Below are positions 22,406 through 30,687 of a stretch of DNA of 64,000 bases, piece by piece. The stretch spans positions 608,001 to 672,000 of the forward strand of contig OY843592.1 in assembly GCA_963692865.2 (NCBI GenBank), read 5' to 3'. How positions within the stretch are numbered: the first letter of the stretch is position 1; every line of letters starts with the position of its first letter. The position numbers and the translations under genes are program-made. The notes beneath the pieces are model-generated. The model ran no database searches, was not told the origin of the DNA, and worked only from the letters and a program-made list of their open reading frames with translations. The stretch comes from a bacterium (GTDB lineage Bacteria > UBA8248).

Positions 22406-22434
22406 TTGACCGCCAAATTCTACCCCGCTAAACT
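22406..22434 (+). promoter_or_regulatory. Sigma70-type promoter for the lipid-transport operon
   Basis: TTGACC-N17-TAAACT. Confidence 0.5.
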
Positions 22435-22712
22435 GAATCTTGCACGGGGCGATGGGATGAACTCCGACAACGACGCGGACCGGCCTTCGCGAAGGACGCC
22501 CGGAAAGAGGAGCTTTCGCCGCCCGAGGTTTTTCGCGCCACAGGTCATTCGTTATGCGCGACAACCGTCGTATCCGCCCCGGGTTTCACGGCTTTCGCCG
22601 CATCGGGATTCGAGGTCAGTCGGGCGCTCGGTCTGATGGTGGCGATCACGATCAGTTTCGCGCTTTTGGCGGACTTCCCGCTTCCGCCGACGGCTCTCGA
22701 CCGGAGGAATTG

Positions 22713-23531
22713 ATGATGCCAGATCGCCTCACCCGCGCCACGCTATCGTTTCTCGTAATCTGCGCGTATCTCCTGATCCACCCGCCCGCGCCGCCGCGCG
22801 CCGAGGGCGCGACGCCCGAGGAAAAAGGGATACGGATCGCTCGCGAGACCCGCGAGAGAGGGAGAGGCTTCGGAAACTTCACGGCCGAGCAGAGCATGGT
22901 GCTGCGCAACAGGCACGGACAGGAGAGCCGCCGCCGGCTCCGCGTGAAGGTTCTCGAGACGGACGGCGGCGGCAACAAGAGCCTGTTCGTCTTCGACCGT
23001 CCGCGCGACGTGAAGGGCACGGCGCTGCTCGTCCACTCCCACAAGAAGAAGAACGACGACCAGTGGCTCTTCCTGCCCGCCCTCAAGCGGGTCAAGCGCA
23101 TCAGTTCGTCCAACCAGTCCGGTTCGTTCATGGGCAGCGAATTCGCCTACGAGGACATGGGCACCCAGGAGGTCGAGAAATTCACCTACCGCTACCTGCG
23201 CGACGAGCCTTGCGGCAAGCTGACGTGCACGGTCGTCGAGCGCTTCCCGACGAACAAGCGCTCGGGCTACACGCGCCAGATCGTCTGGCAGGACAAGGGC
23301 GAGCTTCGCGCCTGGAAGGTCCAGTACTACGACCGCAAGAACGCGCACTTGAAGACGCTCACCGTGGATAAATACAAACGGTACCTGGACAGGTACTGGC
23401 AGGCGGGCGAAATGAAGATGGTGAACCACCTGACGGGCAAGAGCACCGTGCTGCGCTGGAAGGACTACAAGTTCCGCACCAACCTCAAGGAGAGCGAATT
23501 CACGCGAACCGGCCTGAGACGGGTGCGCTGA
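22713..23531 (+). CDS. Outer-membrane lipoprotein-sorting (LolA-like) periplasmic carrier
   Basis: Signal peptide; P.DVKGTALL...DDQWLFLPALKRVKRISS....GSFMGSEFAYEDM signature; GGAGG RBS. Confidence 0.88.
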   Translation: MMPDRLTRATLSFLVICAYLLIHPPAPPRAEGATPEEKGIRIARETRERGRGFGNFTAEQSMVLRNRHGQESRRRLRVKVLETDGGGNKSLFVFDRPRDVKGTALLVHSHKKKNDDQWLFLPALKRVKRISSSNQSGSFMGSEFAYEDMGTQEVEKFTYRYLRDEPCGKLTCTVVERFPTNKRSGYTRQIVWQDKGELRAWKVQYYDRKNAHLKTLTVDKYKRYLDRYWQAGEMKMVNHLTGKSTVLRWKDYKFRTNLKESEFTRTGLRRVR

Positions 23532-24787
23532 TGCCGCTGCGCGCCGCCTTCCGCCGCGCGGCGCCCGCCGCCGTCTCGATATGGGCCGCCCTCCTCTTCG
23601 CGGGGGCGAGCCACGGGGCCGAAAGCATCGAGCACGAGTTCTCCGGGAGCCTGGAGGTCGAGAGCCGCTGGTATCCCCAAAAAGGCGCGCACCCGGAGCA
23701 GCGCGCGCACGCGAGCGGCTTCGCCGTCGATCCGAAACTCCATCTCAAGGGCGAGGGCGAGTGGAGCGTCACCATCGCGCCGTTCGCCCGTTACGACGGG
23801 GCGGACTCGCGCCGCACTTACGCCGACCTGCGCGAAGCCTATTTTCTGACGTACGGCGAAATCGGCGACGGTGAATGGGAACTCCGCCTGGGCGTGGACC
23901 GCGTGTTCTGGGGCGTCACCGAATCGCAGCACCTCGTCGACATCATCAACCAGACCGACCTCGTCGCCCACCCGAACAAGGAAACCAAACTGGGCCAGCC
24001 GATGGCGCACCTCACCTGGTCGGCGGAGTGGGGCATCCTGGAGTTGTTCGCCCTCACCTATCACCGCGCGCGCACATACCCGGGCCGCCACGGCCGCCTG
24101 CGCTCCGCGCTCGTCATCGACGATGAGCACGTCTCATACGAAAGCGCCGCCGGGGAGTGGCGCGTGGACCTGGCGGCCCGCTTCACCCGCAGCATGGGGC
24201 CCTTGGACCTGGGGCTCAGCGTATTCGACGGCACGAGCCGGGAGCCCTACGTCAGGCCGCATTTCGACCCGCGCGGTGGGGTGAGCCTGCGGCATCACTA
24301 CGACAAGATTCGCCAGTTCAGCGTGGACGCCCAGTACACCGTGGAGTCGTGGCTCCTCAAGCTGGAAGCCGTTCACCGCGAGGGCGCGCGCAACCTCCGG
24401 GGCGTGAAGGAGGACTTCGCCGCTTTCGTCGTCGGGGGGGAATACACCTTCAACTCCATCTGGGGCTCGGCCGCCGACCTCGGCCTGCTCGCCGAATGGA
24501 ATTACGACGAGCGGGAAGAACGCTCGAACTCCGAGTTCCAGAACGACCTCTTCTTCGCCGTTCGGATCGGGCTCAACGACGCCCAGAGCACGGAAATCAT
24601 CGCGGGCGTTCTCGCGGACTCGGACCACGCCACGCGCACCCTGAGCGTCGAACTGAGGCGGCGCCTCTCGGATCAGTGGTCCATGAAGCTCGAAGCCATC
24701 GTTCTCATGGACGTCGACCGAGAGGACATCATCTACGACACGAGGCGGGACAGCTTCGTGGCCCTGAACGTGACGTACAACTTCTAA
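23531..24787 (+). CDS. Outer-membrane beta-barrel protein of LolA-like/MMPL loci
   Basis: Signal peptide; DLREAY...LG.DRVFWGVTES..LVDIINQ; C-terminal YNF beta-signal; translationally coupled to the upstream gene. Confidence 0.8.
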   Translation: MPLRAAFRRAAPAAVSIWAALLFAGASHGAESIEHEFSGSLEVESRWYPQKGAHPEQRAHASGFAVDPKLHLKGEGEWSVTIAPFARYDGADSRRTYADLREAYFLTYGEIGDGEWELRLGVDRVFWGVTESQHLVDIINQTDLVAHPNKETKLGQPMAHLTWSAEWGILELFALTYHRARTYPGRHGRLRSALVIDDEHVSYESAAGEWRVDLAARFTRSMGPLDLGLSVFDGTSREPYVRPHFDPRGGVSLRHHYDKIRQFSVDAQYTVESWLLKLEAVHREGARNLRGVKEDFAAFVVGGEYTFNSIWGSAADLGLLAEWNYDEREERSNSEFQNDLFFAVRIGLNDAQSTEIIAGVLADSDHATRTLSVELRRRLSDQWSMKLEAIVLMDVDREDIIYDTRRDSFVALNVTYNF

Positions 24788-24931
24788 AGGGGGTTTTTCC
24801 GCCCCTGCGCCCGATGGCGCCGCCGCCGGGCCTTTTCAACAACCCCCCGTGCGCGCCTTACAGGGCGCGCCGTCGATACGCGGCCGCCGCGAAGGCGAAC
24901 ACCACCCGCGCCTGACCACGCGGGACATAAA

Positions 24932-25026
24932 ACTTGAAATCCATCGATCCGCTGGGACATAATGGCTTCATCTGGCTTAACTGTTGCGGCGGCCTGCGGG
25001 TTATGTCCTCCCACTGCGCAAGCCGC
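24932..25026 (+). promoter_or_regulatory. Shared promoter/leader motif, copy A (upstream of MMPL)
   Basis: TTGAAA-N18-CATAAT then a TGGCTT...CCACTGCGCAAGCCGC leader, homologous to 30550-30642. Confidence 0.65.
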
Positions 25027-25115
25027 CTTGCGACGATTGGGAGCCGTTTCCGGTAAACAACCGCCCCGGGAGCCGGCGGTTTTGACGCGGCCAGGCGCCG
25101 CCGGACAGTGAATCC

Positions 25116-27410
25116 ATGAATTCCGCATCCCTCGAGCGATACATCGCGTTCATGCTGCGCCGCAGGTGGCTGGTTCTCGCCTCCGCCCTGGGCGTAATGC
25201 TGCTCATGGCGGCCGGTCTGCGCTTCATCAACATTTCCAACGACTGGCGCGACATGCTCGATGCGGGCAACCCGCAACTCGTCGCATTCGACGCCATGGA
25301 GGCCACCTATTCGGCGACCAACGCGGCGTTGATCGCCCTGGCGCCCAAGGGGGGGACGATATTCACCCGCGAGGCGCTCGGCGCCATCGAGGAGCTGACC
25401 GACGCCTTGTGGCGCGTGCCCAAGTCCGTCCGCGTCGACTCCCTGACCAACTACAACCACACCGAGGCGGAAGGGGACGACTTGATCGTGGAGCGCCTCG
25501 TGGACGACGCGGGGAAGCTCGGCGACGAAGACCTCGCGCGGATCAAGAAGATTGCGCTGGGCGAGAGCAGCATCAGGGGCCGTCTCGTCTCGCGCGACGG
25601 GCGCGTCGCCGGGCTGGTCGTCACTTTCGCCCTGCCCAGGCGTTCGGACGCCGCGGAGATCCAGATTCTGAACCACCTCCGCGGCCTCCTGGCGGAGGCC
25701 CGGAAGAAACACCCCGACATCGCCTACCACGTGACCGGCAACGTCTTCGTGAACCAGGTGCTGACGGCCGCGGCCCAGGACGACATGGGGATTCTCGCGC
25801 CCGCCGCGTTCCTCGTCATCGTGACCGTCGCCGCCATCCTCCTGCGCTCCCTGTTCGGAACGATGTCCCTCGTCATCGTGATCATCTTCACCGTCGTTTC
25901 GACCATGGGCTTCATCGGCTGGACCGGCCTGACGCTCAACGCCGCCAACTCCGGCGTTCCCCTCATCATCATGACGCTCGCCATCGCGCACTCGGTCCAC
26001 GTCGTCGAGGCGATCATGACCGGCATGAGGAGAGGCCTGGAGAGAGACGCCGCGATCGCCGAGTCGCTGCGCGAGAACGCCTGGCCGGTGTTCCTCACGA
26101 CGGCCACGACGATAATCGGGTTCCTCAGCATGAACGCCTCGGACTCTCCGCCGTTTCGGCTCCTCGGCAACCTGGTGGCGTTCGGCATGCTGTGCGCCTA
26201 CGTCTATTCGATGACGCTTCTGCCCGCGCTGCTGCTGGTGCTGCCGATGCGCGCGCGCCCTTCGCGCGGGGGGCATTCCAATATCTTCGACCGCCTCGGG
26301 GCCTTCGTCGTCGAGCGCCGCACGCTCCTGCTGTGGTCCGTGGCCGCCTTCGCCGTCTTCCTGGTGGCGGGCATTCCGCGCATCGAGCTGACGGACAACT
26401 GGACGCAGCATCTGGATGAGCGCTACGAGTTCCGGCGCGACACGGACTTCGTCATCGAGAATCTCTCCGGCGTGGAAACCCTGGAGTATTCCCTGGACTC
26501 CGGGCGCGAAGCCGGCATCACCGACCCCGCCTACCTGCGAAAGGCCGAAGCCTTCGCCCGGTGGTTCCGCGCCCAGCCGGAAGTGGCGCACGTCCAGACG
26601 TTTACGGACATCATGAAGCGCCTCAACAAGAACATGCACGGCGACGACCCGGCCTTCCACCGGCTGCCCGAAGACCCCAGGCTCGCCGCGCAGTACCTGC
26701 TGCTCTACGAGTTTTCGGTGCCCATGGGGATGGACCTCAACAACCGCATCAACGTCGCCAAATCCGCCACGCGCATGACCGTCACGCTCAAAAGGCTCAA
26801 GTCCGAGGAGCTGCGCGCGATCGAGGCGCGCGGGCAGGCCTGGCTCACCGCCAACGCGCCCGGCCTCGCGAAAGAGGCGTCGGGCTACAGCCTCATCTTC
26901 GCCCACCTGGCCATACGGAACACCGAGAGCATGTTGTACGGCACGCTCACGGGCATGCTCCTCATTTCGCTGATCCTGATCGGGATTTTCAAAAGCCTGC
27001 GCCTGGGCCTCATCAGCCTCGTGCCCAACCTCATCCCCTCGGCCATGGCCTTCGGCGTCTGGGGCTATCTGTACGTCGAGGTGGGGCCCGCCGGCTCTCT
27101 CGTGACCGCCATCGCCTTCGGCACCGTCGTCGACGACACGATCCACTTCATGAGCAACTACCTCAAGTCGCGCCGCGAGGGTCTTTCCGCGAGCGATGCG
27201 GTGCGCGCCACGTTCCGCGCGGTGGGCAGCGCGCTGTTCGCCACGACCATGGTCCTGGTGCTCGGCTTCCTGGTGTTCGCCACGTCGGGGTTCGCCATCA
27301 GCTGGATGCTCGGCCTCCTGTTCGCGCTCACGCTCAGCTTCGCGCTGTTCTGCGATTTGCTGCTCCTGCCGCCCCTGCTCATGGCCATTGACCGCAGGGC
27401 GTATCGGTGA
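25116..27410 (+). CDS. MMPL/RND family lipid transporter
   Basis: Two repeats of TM-periplasmic loop-5TM; LTTATTIIGFLS, SLVPNLIP and GTVVDDTIHF motifs. Confidence 0.9.
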   Translation: MNSASLERYIAFMLRRRWLVLASALGVMLLMAAGLRFINISNDWRDMLDAGNPQLVAFDAMEATYSATNAALIALAPKGGTIFTREALGAIEELTDALWRVPKSVRVDSLTNYNHTEAEGDDLIVERLVDDAGKLGDEDLARIKKIALGESSIRGRLVSRDGRVAGLVVTFALPRRSDAAEIQILNHLRGLLAEARKKHPDIAYHVTGNVFVNQVLTAAAQDDMGILAPAAFLVIVTVAAILLRSLFGTMSLVIVIIFTVVSTMGFIGWTGLTLNAANSGVPLIIMTLAIAHSVHVVEAIMTGMRRGLERDAAIAESLRENAWPVFLTTATTIIGFLSMNASDSPPFRLLGNLVAFGMLCAYVYSMTLLPALLLVLPMRARPSRGGHSNIFDRLGAFVVERRTLLLWSVAAFAVFLVAGIPRIELTDNWTQHLDERYEFRRDTDFVIENLSGVETLEYSLDSGREAGITDPAYLRKAEAFARWFRAQPEVAHVQTFTDIMKRLNKNMHGDDPAFHRLPEDPRLAAQYLLLYEFSVPMGMDLNNRINVAKSATRMTVTLKRLKSEELRAIEARGQAWLTANAPGLAKEASGYSLIFAHLAIRNTESMLYGTLTGMLLISLILIGIFKSLRLGLISLVPNLIPSAMAFGVWGYLYVEVGPAGSLVTAIAFGTVVDDTIHFMSNYLKSRREGLSASDAVRATFRAVGSALFATTMVLVLGFLVFATSGFAISWMLGLLFALTLSFALFCDLLLLPPLLMAIDRRAYR

Positions 27411-27529
27411 AGTACAGGCTCACCGACATCCTCAAAGACGCGAAATCCGGCGGCGTCGAAGCCGGTCGCTTCGGCATCTTCACTCCGATGTATTTCATCC
27501 TCGCCCGCAAGCCGGAACAGGGAGGGGCG
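27407..27529 (+). pseudogene. C-terminal remnant of a sterol methyltransferase
   Basis: VEAGRFGIFTPMYFILARKP matches the SMT C-terminal motif (VAGGKTGIFTPLYCFLARKP in 35628-36656); the rest of the enzyme is absent. Confidence 0.7.
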
Positions 27530-27599
27530 GTTGGGGAAGTCCACGGCGGTCGGGTTCGCCGGGCGACGGGGAAGAGCGGATCCTCTCGCATCAATCGGG

Positions 27600-28480
27600 C
27601 TGCGCCTGTAGGGGCCGCATGTGGAGTTGCTGAAAAAGTCCCCTGACGGGGTAAAGGCAACCCCCTTGAAGGGGAAATCCCATAAAGGCAACCCCCCCTA
27701 CCCCCCCTTGTCAGGGGGGTAAGAAAAACCAAAGCCCCCTCTACCCGGCGAGAGGTGTCGCTTTTTTATACCCCCCTGACAAGGGGCTGTTGAAAAAGTC
27801 TGGAATGCCGGTATGGGGGCGACGGGATACCACCTTGCCGGAGGTGTGTAGGGGCCGCATATTATGCGGCCCGCCGCCGGAGAAGCGAAAAAAGGCCGGG
27901 TCGCATAATATGCGACCCCTACGGGTAAAACGTGGTTGATGCGAGGGGGATAGCTTTTTCAACAGCCCTGACAAGGGGGGGGGTAGGGGGGGGTTGGTTT
28001 TCGAGGCAGGGGGAGGACGAGCGGGGCGGGGTTTTGATCGTCATTCCGGCGAAAGCCGGAATCCAGAGCCGATGTGAATTTCGAACCGCAGGACGACCAT
28101 GAAAAACAATCATGCGAAAAGACAAATTCAAAAGCAAAGTCCCTGGATTCCGGCTTTCGCCGGAATGACGGCGTGCAATCTCGATTGCAGGGGTCGTTCG
28201 AGAACGGTTCCTGTCCGCGAAAGCGGGCGGTTCGCGAACCGCCCCTACACAGGGAGCGGCAACGATGCCGGAATGACGGCGGTGATCAATTCCGATCGAG
28301 AAAAGGTTTTTCAACAACCCCGCCTTGGGCGGGATTGACCCCTTGAGGGGGAGTCGGTGGGGGGAGTTTTTATTTTAGAACCATACCCCCACGCATCAGC
28401 CTTCGCACAAGGCGCTCGGCTTCTGCTACTCCCCCTCAAAGGGGGAGTGATTTGGCCCGGCCCGCAAGGGCCGTAGCGAG
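27600..28480. repeat. Repeat mosaic R5
   Basis: GTAG-REPs, CCCCCCTACCCCCCCTTGTCAGGGGG hairpins, an inverted GTCATTCCGGCGAAAGCCGGAATCC pair, CCCCTTGAGGGGGAGT and MITE ends. Confidence 0.85.
27784..27968. mobile_element. MITE (185 bp) carrying an inverted REP doublet
   Basis: TIRs GGGCTGTTGAAAAAG / CTTTTTCAACAGCCC flanked by TGACAAG (27777-27783, 27969-27975); shares one ~50-bp end with 1440-1599. Confidence 0.78.
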
Positions 28481-28498
28481 GGCCGCGGGAAGCGCGCA

Positions 28499-29239
28499 AT
28501 GAACAAGATGACGTTCCACGCCTGCTTGATCATCGCCTGCATGTTCGCGTCGGCGGGGACCGCCCGAGCGCAGTCGCTGGAAGAGGCGCGCGCCGCATAC
28601 GCCGAGGGCCGCTTCACCGAGGCCGCGGAGCTCGCCCGGTCGCTCGGCGCCTCCGAAGGCCATGCGCTGGCCGCCGATTCCCTGGCGATTCACGGCTACT
28701 ACGTCGCGCCCGCGGGCGAAAAGGCGGACTTGTTCCGGCGGGCCGAGAAACTCGCGCGGGAGGCCGTCAGGCTCGACGCGGCCAACCCCGAGGCCCATCT
28801 CCAGTTGGCCCACGCCATGGGCCGCCAGGCGCAGGCGGCCGGGCCGCTCAAGGCGCTCAAGGAGGGCTACGCCGCCAAAGTGCGCGACGCGATAGAGGAG
28901 GCGCTTCGGCTGGACCCGAAAATGGCGGCCGCGCACGTCAGCCTGGCCGCCTGGCACGCGGGCGCCGTCGGCGCGGGCGGATTCTTCGCCGCCCTGCTCT
29001 ACGGGGCGAGCGAAGAGAAGGCGCTCGCCCATTTCGAGCGGGCGCTCGAACTGACGCCGCGGGACAAGACGGCGCTGTTCGAGTACGCCACCGGCCTCCT
29101 GAGCCTGGACGCCGGGGAGAACCGCGCGAGGGCGCGCGATCTGCTGGAGCGCGCGATTGGGATACCGCCGAAAGACGCCTTCGAGCGGCTCGTTCACCAA
29201 AGGGCGGTCGCGCGGCTGGCGGCTCTCGGCGATGGATAG
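28499..29239 (+). CDS. Secreted TPR-like helical protein
   Basis: Signal peptide ending ARA-Q; repeats AVRLDAANPEAH, ALRLDPKMAAAH and ALELTPRD. Confidence 0.8.
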   Translation: MNKMTFHACLIIACMFASAGTARAQSLEEARAAYAEGRFTEAAELARSLGASEGHALAADSLAIHGYYVAPAGEKADLFRRAEKLAREAVRLDAANPEAHLQLAHAMGRQAQAAGPLKALKEGYAAKVRDAIEEALRLDPKMAAAHVSLAAWHAGAVGAGGFFAALLYGASEEKALAHFERALELTPRDKTALFEYATGLLSLDAGENRARARDLLERAIGIPPKDAFERLVHQRAVARLAALGDG

Positions 29240-29297
29240 GGGGTCGGCGAGAAAGGCCTTGCGGATCGGTCGAGATTCTATGGTAGGGGCCGCATAT

Positions 29298-30501
29298 CAT
29301 GCGGCCCGCCTTGTGGAGGCGAAAATCAGGGTCGCATGGTATGCGACCCCTACACTTGCGCTGCAAACAGGGTCGCTTATGGACATGGACAATCGGGTGC
29401 CATCTCGACCTCGCCCCGAGTAGTCCTGAGCCCGTCGAAGGAGGTACCGAAGGGCTGTCTCTCCTCCCCTCCGCAAACGCGAGATGCCCCGTAGGGGCCG
29501 CATATCATGCGGCCCGCTTCGCCGCCCCCCGATCATGGGCCGCATTATATGTCGGACATATATGTCTGACCTACGGAAAGCAATCCTCACTCCCTCCTTG
29601 AGGGGATTGTTGAAAAGTCCCGTCTTCCCCCCCCCCACAAACCGCCAACGCCTCTTTCCTCACCCTGAGTAGCCGCCGAAGGTCAAACGCGAGAGGCGCT
29701 GTAGGGGTCGCATATCATGCGACCCGTATTGTGAAGGCGAAAAGGCAGGGCCGCATGATATGTCAGACATATATGTCTGACCTACGGCGGGATTACCGAC
29801 TGACCTGCAAGGACTTTTTCAACAACCCCGACAAGGGGGGGGTAGGGGGGGTTGCCTTTATCCCGCCAGGAAAGTTTTCAACAACCCCACAACCGCGGCA
29901 CCATGCGGCCCGCCCTGTGGAGGCGAAAATCAGGGTCGCATGGTATGCGACCCCTACACTTGCGCTGCAAACAGGGTCGCTTATGGACATGGACAATCGG
30001 GTGCCATCTCGACCTCGCCCCGAGTAGTCCTGAGCCCGTCGAAGGAGGTACCGAAGGGCTGTCTCTCCTCCCCTCCGCAAACGCGAGATGCCCCGTAGGG
30101 GCCGCATATCATGCGGCCCGCTTCGCCGTCCCCCGATCATGGGCCGCATGATATGTCGGACATATATGTCTGACCTACGGAAAGCAATCCTCACTCCCTC
30201 CTTGAGGGGATTGTTGAAAAGTCCCGTCTTCCCCCCCCCCACAAACCGCCAACGCCTCTTTCCTCACCCTGAGTAGCCGCCGAAGGTCAAACGCGAGAGG
30301 CGCTGTAGGGGTCGCATATCATGCGACCCGTATTGTGAAGGCGAAAAGGCAGGGCCGCATGATATGTCAGACATATATGTCTGACCTACGGCGGGATTAC
30401 CGACTGACCTGCAAGGACTTTTTCAACAACCCCGACAAGGGGAGGGTAGGGGGGGTTGCCTTTATCCCGCCAGGAAAGTTTTCAACAACCCCACAACCGC
30501 G
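29298..30501. repeat. Tandem duplication (period 604 bp) of a REP/MITE mosaic
   Basis: 29298-29897 and 29902-30501 are nearly identical, with about four substitutions seen by eye. Confidence 0.92.
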
Positions 30502-30549
30502 TCCCCACGCGGCCTTCGGCGGGCCGGAGCGCCCGGTACGGAACGAAAT

Positions 30550-30642
30550 ACTTGAAATCAATCGTTTTGCTGGGCCATAATGGCCCCGGTTGGCTTCCTG
30601 CGTGGCGGCCCGAGCCTCATGGACTTCCACTGCACAAGCCGC
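30550..30642 (+). promoter_or_regulatory. Shared promoter/leader motif, copy B (upstream of P450)
   Basis: TTGAAA-N18-CATAAT then TGGCTT...CCACTGCACAAGCCGC, homologous to 24932-25026. Confidence 0.65.
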
Positions 30643-30687
30643 GTGGAGCAAAATGCTCCCCCACCGATTCTTGAGGCGCATCGTCCG

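Noticed and set aside
22125-22636. Small ORFs between rarA and the LolA-like gene
   Set aside because: No RBS, motif or consistent coding signal; treated as intergenic/leader DNA.
20004-24846. Composite transposon formed by matching TIRs at 20004 and 24828
   Set aside because: It would enclose core rarA, no TSD is visible, and orphan ends are common in this region.
29297-30580. Short ORFs within repeat mosaics (also 1059-1437, 17587-18009, 27741-28346, 37086-37761)
   Set aside because: Translations of palindromic repeats; no RBS or domain evidence.
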